From: an uncultured Verrucomicrobiae bacterium
GTDB lineage: Bacteria > Verrucomicrobiota > Verrucomicrobiia > Chthoniobacterales > JAFAMB01
DNA: 64,000 nt
Direction: 5' to 3'
NCBI GenBank assembly: GCA_963762565.1
Contig: CAVXLD010000001.1
Coordinates: forward strand, 256,001-320,000
Shown here: positions 27,137-37,295 of the stretch, in pieces
How the letters are laid out: each line of letters begins with the position of its first letter
Numbering within the stretch: the stretch's first letter is position 1
Notes under the pieces: generated by a model
Told to the model about the DNA's origin: nothing
The model's input: only the letters and a program-made list of their open reading frames with translations
Databases searched by the model: none
Position numbers and translations under genes: made by a program

Positions 27137-29110
27137 ATGAACTCCAAGTGCCTTGCCTTGGCAGCGGTCCTACTGGCCGCTTCTCCGGTTCTCGCGACCG
27201 ATGTTCTTACGTTCCACAATAACCCGGCCCGGACCGGACTTAACAATCAAGAGACCATCTTGAACCTTAGCAATGTCAACCAAGACGATTTCGGTTTGCT
27301 GTTCAACTTGCCTGTCGATGGAAAGGTTGATGCTCAGCCGCTTTACGTGTCGAGCATCCAGGTCAAGGGTGTTGGACGCAAGAATGTCGTGATCGTCGCT
27401 ACCGAACATGATTCGGTTTATGCATTCGACGCCGATTCCGGCACTCTTTATTGGCAGGTGAGTCTGCTGGTGGGGAGTGAGGTCCCATCAGATAACCGAG
27501 GATGTAATCAAGTAACCCCGGAAATCGGAATCACGGCCACGCCGGTGATCATCCGCGAAGCCGGTAATCCCGGGACGATCTATCTCGTGGCGATGAGCAA
27601 GGCCACCGGCAAGAAAACCACCGTTTATCATCAACGGTTGCATGCACTATTTCTGACGGACGGCTCGGAGATCGCAGGCAGCCCGGTAGAGGTCGAGGCA
27701 TCGTTCCCGGGAAAAGGTCCGGGCAACGACGGCGCCGGGCACGTAATTTTTAACCCGGCGGATTACAAAGAGAGAGCTGCTTTACTACTGCATAACAACG
27801 TCATTTACACGGGCTGGGCATCACACTGCGACAATCCGCCCTACACCGGGTGGATTATCGGTTACCACGTTAGTTCGCTAGCGCGGGTACAGGTTCTCAA
27901 CGTTGATCCGAATGGCCGACCTACCAGCAAGTTTCTTCCTGACGGATCCGGCAACTCTTTCTGGGGCAGCGGCGCCGGATTATCTGCCGACAATAACGGC
28001 TTTTTGTACGCGCTCACCGCAAACGGTCCCTTCGGAGAGCCGTCAACCGACGGGTTCCCCAAGAATGGCGATTATGGCGATACCTTTCTCAAACTTTCCT
28101 CCAGCGAACTGAAAGTTGAGGATTATTTCACCCCCTACAACCAAGCCACGGAAGCAGTCAACGATGACGACCTGGGTTCCGGCGGCACTCTAATCCTGCC
28201 AAACATGACCACCGCAGGAGGCGAGACCGTGCATCTGGCGGTCGGCGCAGGAAAGGACGGGAATATCTATATCGTTAACCGAAATGAAATGGGGAAGATT
28301 AATCTAAAGACTTCTGATAACAGCAATGTTTACCAAGAGGTTCAGAGCCCGTTAGGTGGCGCTGTCTTTGGGAGTCCAGCCTATTTTCACGGTTACCTCT
28401 TTTTCGGAGCGGTCAGCGCGAGCCTCAGACAATTTACTTTTAATAACGGGTTGTTAAGCACCAACCCTACATCGGCTACCCTGGGCACCTTTGGATATCC
28501 CGGAACCACACCAAGCGTCTCATCGTCCGGTAGCGAGTCTGGAATCGTCTGGGCTTACGAAAATGCGTCCTCCGGGGACGCTGTACTACATGCCTACAAT
28601 GCGGTTGATCTAACTCAAGAGCTGTATAATACCACGCAGGCTCCTAATAAACGCGACGCGTTCGGCGCTGGGAACAAGTTCATCGTTCCGACCATTTGCA
28701 ACGGAAAGGTATTCGCTGCGACGACAAATTCGGTCGGGGTGTTCGGCCTGTTAGTCGTCAAAGCGGCTCAGAATGTGACTCAATGGGTGAAGGTGGATCG
28801 ACAAGAGGATCCTGCCGATAGAGAAGACGACAATATTGCGATAAAAATTTCGCTGACCAACACGGGGACCGAGACAATAACCGGCCCTATCTCGCTCGTG
28901 TTTGATGATCTAAATCCAGAGTCCTACGTTTTGGGCCCGGATGGTTCGACCACCACGGTAGCGCCGACTGGAAGTTTTTATGTGAATTTCACTCCCTCAA
29001 CTGGTGAGCTCGTGAAGGACCAAACCGAAACCCGTGTTGTCAGGTTCCGTTCGGCAACGGAAACGGTCCAGTACCGCCCGCGTATTCTGGCAGGAGCGGG
29101 AATTCGATAA
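27137..29110 (+). CDS. Secreted PQQ-propeller-like protein, paralog 2
   Basis: Start MNSKCL signal peptide; FWGSGAG, DDDLGSGG, GAGKDG. Confidence 0.78.
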   Translation: MNSKCLALAAVLLAASPVLATDVLTFHNNPARTGLNNQETILNLSNVNQDDFGLLFNLPVDGKVDAQPLYVSSIQVKGVGRKNVVIVATEHDSVYAFDADSGTLYWQVSLLVGSEVPSDNRGCNQVTPEIGITATPVIIREAGNPGTIYLVAMSKATGKKTTVYHQRLHALFLTDGSEIAGSPVEVEASFPGKGPGNDGAGHVIFNPADYKERAALLLHNNVIYTGWASHCDNPPYTGWIIGYHVSSLARVQVLNVDPNGRPTSKFLPDGSGNSFWGSGAGLSADNNGFLYALTANGPFGEPSTDGFPKNGDYGDTFLKLSSSELKVEDYFTPYNQATEAVNDDDLGSGGTLILPNMTTAGGETVHLAVGAGKDGNIYIVNRNEMGKINLKTSDNSNVYQEVQSPLGGAVFGSPAYFHGYLFFGAVSASLRQFTFNNGLLSTNPTSATLGTFGYPGTTPSVSSSGSESGIVWAYENASSGDAVLHAYNAVDLTQELYNTTQAPNKRDAFGAGNKFIVPTICNGKVFAATTNSVGVFGLLVVKAAQNVTQWVKVDRQEDPADREDDNIAIKISLTNTGTETITGPISLVFDDLNPESYVLGPDGSTTTVAPTGSFYVNFTPSTGELVKDQTETRVVRFRSATETVQYRPRILAGAGIR

Positions 29111-29122
29111 AACAGATGGATT

Positions 29123-29356
29123 TCACCACAAAGGCACAAAGGACACGAAGATTGGGACTACAAGACAGATTTTGGTTTCAAACTTGTGAAGTTTGTACTC
29201 TTTCTTCGCTAATCTTTTGCCCACACCTGCGACGCGCGGATTCTTTGGACAGGCCCTGAGCAATCCAACCCGTGCGATTGAGGAGCGGCTTTGCTTTCAA
29301 AGCTTCGTGCTCTTTGTGCCTTGTGGTGAAATTCCTCTGTGTCTCTGTGGTGAAAA
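29123..29356. repeat. Inverted micro-repeat pair (caccacaaaggcacaaag ... ctttgtgccttgtggtgaaa)
   Basis: Visible inverted tandem tracts between convergent genes. Confidence 0.7.
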
Positions 29357-29360
29357 TCCG

Positions 29361-29765
29361 CTAATAAGAGACTACGCGCGGCAACTTCTTTGCTTCGCCG
29401 ACCCAATTAGTGATGCTGGTTAAATTGGGGACAATATGGACCTGGCGTTTTGTTTCGTTCGAGGTCTTGAGTGTCTCATGCAGATGGTCCGGCTTACGCT
29501 GCGCCAATTCCTTAACCGAATCGACTCCGGATGCCTGTAGCAGCTCGGCGTATTGTCGCCCCACTCCTTTGATCCGAAACAGATCGGCCTGGTTTACCCA
29601 CTTTAACAAGTGGTGCTCGTGAAAACCGGTCTTGGTGCAGAGTTCCTTCCTTCCTTTCGGAGTCGCTCCTGCCTTCAATAGGTGCTCGACGGTGGTAACT
29701 CCGACTTCAGCGAATTTCTTCGCATGCGATGGGCCAATGCCTTCGATTGTGTTGATGTGACTCAT
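29361..29765 (-). CDS. DUF4332 helix-hairpin-helix protein
   Basis: IEGIGP, WVNQADLFRIKGVG, ELAQR, LPRVVSY. Confidence 0.88.
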   Translation of the reverse strand: MSHINTIEGIGPSHAKKFAEVGVTTVEHLLKAGATPKGRKELCTKTGFHEHHLLKWVNQADLFRIKGVGRQYAELLQASGVDSVKELAQRKPDHLHETLKTSNETKRQVHIVPNLTSITNWVGEAKKLPRVVSY

Positions 29766-29872
29766 GTTCCAGGGATAGGTTACGATTTTGCCACATTTGC
29801 CTCGTCGAATTCCAGCCCAATTTTTTGAGACGTTGGGAACCTTGATAAAGCCGGCAGCGCCGGGAACGTGTC

Positions 29873-30159
29873 TGGAGGGGAGCCGCTTTGGGGTGTGGTG
29901 TAGAGATCTCCCGACTTTCTTTCCAGCGTCGTTGCGACCAAAACACATCTTAAAGAGGCGGCTCCCGGGAATTACCCAGCGTATTGCTTTTATCCGGCGC
30001 TTCTACTGGCCAAGCGGATTGAATTCATATTCTTACGGTAGAGCTACAAAGCGCTGGGCGATTCGCGGGAGCCGCCTGTTTAAAAAGCGTTTTGGTCCCA
30101 CTCGCGCCGGGAAGAATCTCGGCAGGTTTTCGGGGACGCACCAAAGCGGCTCCCCTCCA
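29873..30159. repeat. Family A element
   Basis: Same terminal and inner IRs; followed by a cggcgttgt tract. Confidence 0.9.
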
Positions 30160-30242
30160 AGGGCATTCCCCATCGTTTCCGGCGTTGTCGGCGATCCCGG
30201 CGTTGTCGGCGTTGATTTTCAGGCTAGCTTAACCCACGATTC

Positions 30243-31772
30243 ATGAAGATTAAGCGCGCCCTCTTATCCGTTTCAGACAAGACAGGGATCGCAGAGTTCG
30301 CCAGACACCTAAACGAACTAGGGGTAGAAATCATTTCGACCGGCGGCACCGCAGCCCTACTTAAAAGCGAATCGATCCCCGTTATGGAAATCGAGAAGTT
30401 TACCGGGTTCCCGGAGATCCTCGGCGGCCGAGTCAAGACGTTGCATCCGAAGGTTCACGGCGGTCTGCTTTACGTTCGCACAGATCCAGTCCATCAAGAG
30501 CAACTGTCAAAGAATGCCATTCAGCCGATCGATTTGGTCGCTGTGAATCTCTATCCATTCGAGCAGACGATCAGAAAACCCGACATCAAGCTGGAAGATG
30601 CTATCGAGCAGATCGACATTGGCGGCCCCTCGATGCTGCGCAGCGCGGCAAAGAATTATCGATTCGTAACCACCATCAGCGATCCGCAGGATTATGAAAC
30701 CGTTCTAAAAGAGCTCGAGGAACACGGAGGGGAAACGACGCTCGCATTGAGAGAGCAACTCGCGATCAAGGTATTCCTACTCACAGCTCGTTACGATAGT
30801 TCGATCGCCACCTACCTTAACCAGGAACAGGCTACGTCCGGTTCTTATGCAGTCTCGCTACCACTAGAGATGCGGCTACGTTACGGAGAGAACCCGCATC
30901 AAAGCGCCTCCCTTTATGGCCGGTTCAGCGATTTCTTCCAAAAACTTCACGGTAAGGAGCTCTCGTTTAACAATATCCTAGACATCAACGCCGCGGCTAA
31001 TCTCATCCGCGAATTCTCTGAGCCTACGGTTGCCATCTTGAAACACACCAATCCGTGTGGTGTGGGCAGCGATCCCGATTTGCGCGAGGCATGGGTCAAG
31101 GCTTTTGCGACGGACAAACAGGCGCCATTTGGCGGGATCATCATCTGCAACCGGCCGATGACGGAACCATTAGCCAGAGCCATAGCTGAAATCTTTAGCG
31201 AAGTCATCATTGCTCCTGACTTTGAGCCGGAGGCAAGAGCGCTCTTACAGAAAAAGAAGAACCTGCGGCTGATGAAATCGCTCGAGTGGTTCAACTCAAC
31301 TCGGCAAGAACCGGATGTCCGTTCGGTCATTGGCGGCGTGTTGGTGCAACAGAAGGATTTTACTGCTTTACCGCGTCCCGAGGACCACGTGGTCACGAAA
31401 CGACCGCCCACCGCCGATGAAATGGCAGCGATGCTCTTCGGATGGAAAGTCGTAAAACATGTTAAATCGAATGCCATCGTTTACGCGCGCAAGGATCGGA
31501 CGCTCGGGATCGGAGCGGGGCAGATGGCTCGGGTTGACTCCTCTCGGATCGCGGCTTGGAAAGCGGGCGAAGCCGGCCTGTCGCTTGCAGGAAGCGCCGT
31601 TGCCAGTGATGCTTTCTTTCCGTTTCCGGACGGCCTGGTTGCGGCTGCGGATGCCGGGGCTACGGCTGCCATCCAGCCGGGAGGTTCCGTCCGCGACGAA
31701 GCTGTGATTCAAGCAGCCGACGAACATAATCTGGCTATGGTCTTCACCGGAATTCGAAATTTCCGACACTAA
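30243..31772 (+). CDS. purH: Bifunctional AICAR transformylase/IMP cyclohydrolase
   Basis: [32 protein letters not shown]. Confidence 0.97.
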   Translation: MKIKRALLSVSDKTGIAEFARHLNELGVEIISTGGTAALLKSESIPVMEIEKFTGFPEILGGRVKTLHPKVHGGLLYVRTDPVHQEQLSKNAIQPIDLVAVNLYPFEQTIRKPDIKLEDAIEQIDIGGPSMLRSAAKNYRFVTTISDPQDYETVLKELEEHGGETTLALREQLAIKVFLLTARYDSSIATYLNQEQATSGSYAVSLPLEMRLRYGENPHQSASLYGRFSDFFQKLHGKELSFNNILDINAAANLIREFSEPTVAILKHTNPCGVGSDPDLREAWVKAFATDKQAPFGGIIICNRPMTEPLARAIAEIFSEVIIAPDFEPEARALLQKKKNLRLMKSLEWFNSTRQEPDVRSVIGGVLVQQKDFTALPRPEDHVVTKRPPTADEMAAMLFGWKVVKHVKSNAIVYARKDRTLGIGAGQMARVDSSRIAAWKAGEAGLSLAGSAVASDAFFPFPDGLVAAADAGATAAIQPGGSVRDEAVIQAADEHNLAMVFTGIRNFRH

Positions 31773-31773
31773 C

Positions 31774-31925
31774 CAACGCCGTGATCGCCGACATCGCCGT
31801 CAACGCCGTGAACGGAATCTGGAGACACTGGGTTAACAGACTGCGCTTGGTTCCTGCATGCGCCGGCGGGTAGCGCTATCGGATACTTCTCACCTCTCAC
31901 GAATCACTTCTCACTTCTCACGTCT
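31774..31925. repeat. Compound nonamer + heptamer repeat spacer
   Basis: aacgccgtg atcgccgac ... (tctcact)n; same composition as the ispG insert. Confidence 0.75.
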
Positions 31926-31933
31926 AAGTCAGT

Positions 31934-32677
31934 ATGCCAAAACTTGGTGTTAATATTGATCACGTCGCCACCCTGAGACAGGCTCGTTACTTGGGGTTGC
32001 TTGATTCTCCCAATTGTGAGCCCAACACGCTGGAGGCGGCTTCTGCATGTGAACGAGCTGGCGCTGATGGCATCACCATCCATTTGCGGGCGGATCGGCG
32101 GCATATCCAAGATCAGGACGTGTTCCGGCTCAGAAACAGCATCATGACCAAGCTCAACTTGGAACTGGGTAATACATCTGAGATTCTTGAAACCGCCCTT
32201 CAAGTCCTGCCGGACGAAGTTTGTCTGGTACCGGAGAACCGGCAGGAAGTCACTACTGAAGGCGGTCTCGACGTGGTCAAGAACGCGAAAACATTACGCA
32301 AAACCATTGAGCGTTTACAGTCCGCCGGCATTCGGGTCAGCATGTTCATTGAGCCAATGGGAGAACAGATCGTGGCGGCAGCTGACCTTGGGGCTGAAGT
32401 GGTCGAGCTCCACACCGGAGCCTATGCGAACGCCGTTCACGAATTTCGCGAAGATGAGCTCGAGCGACTACGAGCCGCCCAAAAATTGGCGGCTGAGAAA
32501 AAGCTGATCGTTAACGCCGGTCACGGAATCAACTATGAAAATGTGCGCCCATTGCTGGGTATTGAAGGTTGGAACGAGTTTAATATCGGCCACTCAATTA
32601 TTTCACGCGCGCTTTTCGTAGGTCTGGAAACCGCCGTCAGAGACATGGCCAGGCTCCTAAAGGAGCATGACCAATAG
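31934..32677 (+). CDS. pdxJ: Pyridoxine 5'-phosphate synthase
   Basis: LGVNIDHVATLRQAR, TTEGGL, NAGHG, NIGHSI. Confidence 0.97.
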   Translation: MPKLGVNIDHVATLRQARYLGLLDSPNCEPNTLEAASACERAGADGITIHLRADRRHIQDQDVFRLRNSIMTKLNLELGNTSEILETALQVLPDEVCLVPENRQEVTTEGGLDVVKNAKTLRKTIERLQSAGIRVSMFIEPMGEQIVAAADLGAEVVELHTGAYANAVHEFREDELERLRAAQKLAAEKKLIVNAGHGINYENVRPLLGIEGWNEFNIGHSIISRALFVGLETAVRDMARLLKEHDQ

Positions 32678-32868
32678 CCGATAGCCGATAGCCAACAATA
32701 ATCCATGACGTCTCGGAGCCAGTCGCTTTCAAGATTGGCTATTGGCTATGGGCTATTGGTAATGCCTGAATATCTCACACTCTCTCTCCCAGATGCGAAC
32801 AGGGCGTTGCGTCCTCTAAACCCCAGTATTGACAATACCCAATTAAGAGAGTGTGAGATATTCAGGTC

Positions 32869-33276
32869 ATGGTGTTCGGTATCGGCATCGATGTTGTAGA
32901 AAATGAGCGAATCTCGGATTCGATCCGACGCCACGGCCAGCGGTTTGTCGATCGTGTGTTTCACACTAGTGAAATCGACTACTGTCGTTCCATGAAAAAC
33001 CCGGCGCCTCATTTCGCGGCGAGATTTGCCGCCAAAGAGGCGGTCTCGAAGGCCTTTGGGACCGGCTTTTCCCAGGAAGTGAGCTGGCGTGATATCGAGA
33101 TCGGTCGCAAACCGAGTGGGGAACCGTTTGTGATCCTGCACGGAGGCGCTGCCGCTTTGGCTGATCGCCTTCGAATTCGCTCCATCCTCGTTAGTTTGAG
33201 TCACACGGAGAACTACGCGGTAGCGAATGCGCTGCTAATGACCGAAGAATCCGGACGAGAAGAAGATAAAACGTGA
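32869..33276 (+). CDS. acpS: Holo-ACP synthase
   Basis: GIGIDVV, ARFAAKEAVSKAFGTG, SLSH. Confidence 0.95.
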   Translation: MVFGIGIDVVENERISDSIRRHGQRFVDRVFHTSEIDYCRSMKNPAPHFAARFAAKEAVSKAFGTGFSQEVSWRDIEIGRKPSGEPFVILHGGAAALADRLRIRSILVSLSHTENYAVANALLMTEESGREEDKT

Positions 33277-33300
33277 ATGGGTTATGGCTGTCTTTCGTCC

Positions 33301-33376
33301 GAATGACAAATGACAAATCACAGATGACAAACAAGACAATCGACAATCTGTCATTTGTCATCTGTCATCTGTCATT
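33301..33376. repeat. Inverted heptamer tracts (aatgaca)n/(tgtcatY)n
   Basis: Directly visible. Confidence 0.8.
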
Positions 33377-33381
33377 GGGCT

Positions 33382-34113
33382 ATGGATGCCGACTACAAAG
33401 TTAAGATCGAAGTCTTCGAGGGACCGCTGGACCTGCTTCTCTACCTCATTAAGAAAGAAGAGGTCGACATCTACTCCGTATCGATCGAGCGCATCACGAA
33501 TCAATACCTGGAATACCTCAACACTTTCCGGATGCTGGATCTCGATATTGCCGGCGAGTTCGTAGTGATGGCTGCAAATCTAATCTACATCAAAAGCCGG
33601 AGCCTATTACCGGCCGATCAGCAAGCGGCGGACGAGGAAGCCGACGAAGAAGATCCTAGATGGGACCTCATCCGGCAATTGATCGAATATAAGAAATTCA
33701 AGGATGTCGCGCTTCATTTGCACCGGTGCGAAGTTCTCCAGGAAGGAATTATCCCGCGGGTCGCGGGAAAGCCGGCAGTGACTGACGCGGAAACGCTGCT
33801 GAAAGACGAAGTCGGGATTTTCGACCTGATCACCGCATTTCAGAAGGTTCTTAAGAGACTTGAAAACCGGCGAGAAGATCTGCGCGAGATTTTCGAAGAA
33901 AACTTCACCGTCTCCGAAAAAATCGATTATATCCTGGAAACCATTCTTTCCGGCGCAAGGGTCGCATTTTCCAGCCTTTTCGCGACGGCGGCTAGCCGTA
34001 CTGAAATTGTCGTAACTTTCCTCGCCCTGCTCGAATTGATCCGTTTAAAGCAACTTCGAGTGACCCAACAAGCGGCGTTTTCCGATATCGAGATCGAGCG
34101 TATTGGGGTGTAG
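33382..34113 (+). CDS. scpA: Segregation/condensation protein A
   Basis: FEGPLDLLLYLI, FLALLEL. Confidence 0.96.
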   Translation: MDADYKVKIEVFEGPLDLLLYLIKKEEVDIYSVSIERITNQYLEYLNTFRMLDLDIAGEFVVMAANLIYIKSRSLLPADQQAADEEADEEDPRWDLIRQLIEYKKFKDVALHLHRCEVLQEGIIPRVAGKPAVTDAETLLKDEVGIFDLITAFQKVLKRLENRREDLREIFEENFTVSEKIDYILETILSGARVAFSSLFATAASRTEIVVTFLALLELIRLKQLRVTQQAAFSDIEIERIGV

Positions 34114-34158
34114 CCTTCGTCGATATCGACGCGAGGCGATTGATGCCGCGAAGCGGCT

Positions 34159-34427
34159 GTGTCCCGAAGGGACTCAATGGGAGGTAGCCAGGAGGGGCAC
34201 GGTGTGGCTCTATAGCAGTCGTTCTCGTCCTCGTCCTCGGAAGCGCGGCAGCCCCTTGGTTCCGTTAGGCCCTGCATCGGTCTCTCGGGAGTCGAAAGTC
34301 CAGAGGCTCCACGAACCCAGGCAGAAATCGCCCTCGAGGACGAGGACGACGACGAGGACGAGAACGATTACGATCGACCAGCGGCGCGTCCTCCTGGCGC
34401 TACCTTCATTCAGTCCCTCCGGGACAC
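34159..34427. repeat. Nested element: outer GTCCCGAAGGGACT IR around inverted (tcgtcc)n/(gacgag)n tracts
   Basis: Outer IR 34159-34195/34390-34427; inner 34219-34239/34335-34367. Confidence 0.75.
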
Positions 34428-34497
34428 ACGCTTCACCGCCTCCAGCGATGCGGGCTTTTCTCACGCGAAAACTGCGCTAATCTGGCAATTCCGGATC

Positions 34498-35247
34498 ATG
34501 GTTACTTTGAAGGCCGTTGTCGAAGCGTTGTTGTTTAGTTCTCAGAGACCCCTCACTGCGAAAGAGATTTTGCAAGTGGTCCGCCTGGGAACAGAATACG
34601 CTTCCGAGGAGGAACAAGAGATCTTCAAGGGAATGACAGAGGCAACGATCCAACACACCCTGGCTGAGCTAAGCAACGAATATCAGCAGCTTGAACGAGC
34701 TTTCCAGCTGGTTGAACAGATCAACGGCTGGCAATTAACCACCAAACCGGAACATCAAACCTGGGTCCGGCAGTTATTTCCGGATTTGCGGCCCACGCGG
34801 CTGAGCCCACCAGCCCTGGAGACGCTAGCGATCGTGGCTTATCGCCAACCAGTGACTAAAGCAGATATCGAGGCAATCCGAGGGGTCGCGGTGGACGGGG
34901 TTATGCAACGGCTTCTCGATGTCGGTATGCTAAAAATTGCCGGACGAGCCGAGATCCCAGGACGCCCCCTCTTATACGAGACCACCCAACATTTCATGGA
35001 ACATTTCGGCATAAAGACTCTGGATGAACTGCCGAATGCCTCCGAGCTCCGGTTCGTGCCATTACCAGACGGGAACACAGGCCCAACCAACGGACCTGAG
35101 CCAGCAGGACTATTTACGGAATCGGGCCAGGAACAACCTCCGGAACCGTCGCCGGACAATGCGACACCAGACAAAGTGTCAGAGAATCTGCCTGAAGTAG
35201 TGGCTGAATCGGAAGCCCCCATCGATCAAGGCATCAACAAGGAATAA
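34498..35247 (+). CDS. scpB: Segregation/condensation protein B
   Basis: EALLF, LETLAIVAYRQPVT, GRPLLY. Confidence 0.96.
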   Translation: MVTLKAVVEALLFSSQRPLTAKEILQVVRLGTEYASEEEQEIFKGMTEATIQHTLAELSNEYQQLERAFQLVEQINGWQLTTKPEHQTWVRQLFPDLRPTRLSPPALETLAIVAYRQPVTKADIEAIRGVAVDGVMQRLLDVGMLKIAGRAEIPGRPLLYETTQHFMEHFGIKTLDELPNASELRFVPLPDGNTGPTNGPEPAGLFTESGQEQPPEPSPDNATPDKVSENLPEVVAESEAPIDQGINKE

Positions 35248-35248
35248 G

Positions 35249-36331
35249 ATGGAAGCTAAACTTTCGCTCGAGGAAATTCGTACCCACATAGATCAGCTCG
35301 ACACCGAGCTTTTGCGCCTCCTCAATGAGCGGGCAGATCTGGTTCATGAGATCGGCACGATCAAGAGAACCGCCGGACTCCCGATCTACGCGCCGGAACG
35401 AGAAGAATCTCTCCTCCAGGCTTTGACCCAGAAAAACAAGGGTCGCCTCCCCACTGAAGCCATTAGAGCAATTTATCGGGAAATCATGTCTGCCTCTTTG
35501 GCTCTGGAGAAAGACCTGACTATCGCTTTTCTCGGTCCGGAAGCCACCTGGACCCACCAAGCGGCGCGATCAAAATTCGGTCTTTCCGTCAAGTATGCCC
35601 CTGAGTCCGGCATTGGCGACGTCTTCGCTCGAGTCACTCGCGGGACCGCCGATTACGGGGTTGTACCGATCGAAAACTCGTTAGAGGGGGCTGTGAATCA
35701 CACGCTCGACGTGTTCATGGACTCAGAACTTAAAATCTGCGCACAGATTCTTCTCCGGATCCGGAATGACTTTTTATCGAAGTGGCCTCGTGAGCAGATC
35801 AAGAAAATCTATTCGCATCCGCAGGTCTTCGGCCAGTGCCGTCTATGGCTTCAGGAAAACGCGCGAGACCTTGAGCTAGTTGAAGTCTCTAGTACGACTC
35901 GGGCGGCTCAAATTGCAGCCGCCGAACCAGAGGCAGCAGCTTTGGCCAGTTCAATGGCAGCAGAAGTCTACGGCTTGCAAATTCTGGAACCGTCGGTTCA
36001 AGACAGCCCAAACAACACAACTCGATTCCTGGTCATCTCGCCTTCAGGTTGCCCGGTAACCGGCAACGACAAAACCTCGCTCATGTTCTCGATTCAAGAC
36101 CAGGTGGGAGCCCTCTACTCTGCCCTAGAGCCATTTAGCCGCCTGAAGCTGAGCATGAGCAAGATCGAAAGCCGGCCCTCAAAGCGAAAGAACTGGGAAT
36201 ACTTCTTTTTTGTCGACGTTGAAGGTCACATCGATGATCCAGTCGTCGCGGATGCCGTCAAAGAGCTCGGCGAACACTGCACCTTCGTAAAAGTCCTCGG
36301 CAGCTACCCGAGAACGGAGCTCCCGAGCTAG
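35249..36331 (+). CDS. pheA: Chorismate mutase/prephenate dehydratase
   Basis: N-terminal CM domain; LGPEATW, NTTRF, ESRP. Confidence 0.96.
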   Translation: MEAKLSLEEIRTHIDQLDTELLRLLNERADLVHEIGTIKRTAGLPIYAPEREESLLQALTQKNKGRLPTEAIRAIYREIMSASLALEKDLTIAFLGPEATWTHQAARSKFGLSVKYAPESGIGDVFARVTRGTADYGVVPIENSLEGAVNHTLDVFMDSELKICAQILLRIRNDFLSKWPREQIKKIYSHPQVFGQCRLWLQENARDLELVEVSSTTRAAQIAAAEPEAAALASSMAAEVYGLQILEPSVQDSPNNTTRFLVISPSGCPVTGNDKTSLMFSIQDQVGALYSALEPFSRLKLSMSKIESRPSKRKNWEYFFFVDVEGHIDDPVVADAVKELGEHCTFVKVLGSYPRTELPS

Positions 36332-36523
36332 GTCAGAAGTTGGGGGTTGCTGGTTACGAGTTACGGGTTACGGGTTACGAGTTACGAGTTGGGGGTTGTC
36401 AGTCGGATCGGCGAGCATCGCCGAGGACGGCAAACATATAAGTCCTATAGGTCATATAGGTCCTATTTAGGCCACCACCCAGCGGTCGCCTTACCTCAAA
36501 CCCGCAACGCGCCACACTCAAAC

Positions 36524-37102
36524 TCATTTGCCGACGTAGATCGCGTCATTCGGCCATTCGGACTGGATATAGCCTTTGCACATGTTCACAATCGGGATGT
36601 AGTTCCGCATCACCCGAACCGGTGACAATAGGCGGATCGTCGAAATCGACTCGATCGAGTCGCTTCCGTGATTCTTCAGTAGCCCAGGAATCAGCTCTTC
36701 GTGCGTTCTCTGCACGATGTCCAAGTCGCTATTTCCGTCCACGAACAACAGCAAGGCCACTTTTCCATCGATCTCCGCGATATGGCTTTCGAAGATGGTT
36801 TCCGTGAATACCTGCTGCTGATTCGATTCTCGGCGAATATCCTGAATCAACTGGTTGTAGGTGATTCCTACCCTGAATTTGATAATGTAAAGGTGACGCG
36901 CGTTGTACTGCTTCGTGCCATCGCCAGAGAGATCGACATTCGTGTAATAGGACAGAATTCCTTCCTGTTCGAGACGGTCTCGTTTTCGGCTAACGGTCCG
37001 AACATTCACTCCGGTTACCTCACCGACTCCGTTGTCTGACTCTCTCGGATCTCGGATTAATTGACGAACTATTGCCTTTTCTTGCTCATCCAGGATTCTC
37101 AT
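36524..37102 (-). CDS. Lrp/AsnC-like transcriptional regulator
   Basis: N-terminal LDEQEK..DPR..HTH..LEQEGI; divergent from gltB. Confidence 0.7.
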   Translation of the reverse strand: MRILDEQEKAIVRQLIRDPRESDNGVGEVTGVNVRTVSRKRDRLEQEGILSYYTNVDLSGDGTKQYNARHLYIIKFRVGITYNQLIQDIRRESNQQQVFTETIFESHIAEIDGKVALLLFVDGNSDLDIVQRTHEELIPGLLKNHGSDSIESISTIRLLSPVRVMRNYIPIVNMCKGYIQSEWPNDAIYVGK

Positions 37103-37295
37103 GCAAAGGTCGATAAACGGGTTAAGTGCGCGCACTGGCATGTTCCCTCTGCATGCCCGCTGCGCCGTCTATGTCGCTCTCGTAAGAAATAATCTAGTTT
37201 TTCCGCGTCCGCGACTAGAAATTGCCGTATTACGCCCCAGTTTAGTCTTGAAACATGCAGTTTTACCCTTAGGTTCACCGGTTTTTGCGTAAAAA

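Noticed and set aside
34103..34480. Short ORFs over repeats (also 5546-5941, 22492-22818, 42238-42609, 48015-48341, 60278-60643, 62707-63066)
   Set aside because: Low-complexity translations of palindromic or tandem repeats, with no recognisable domains.
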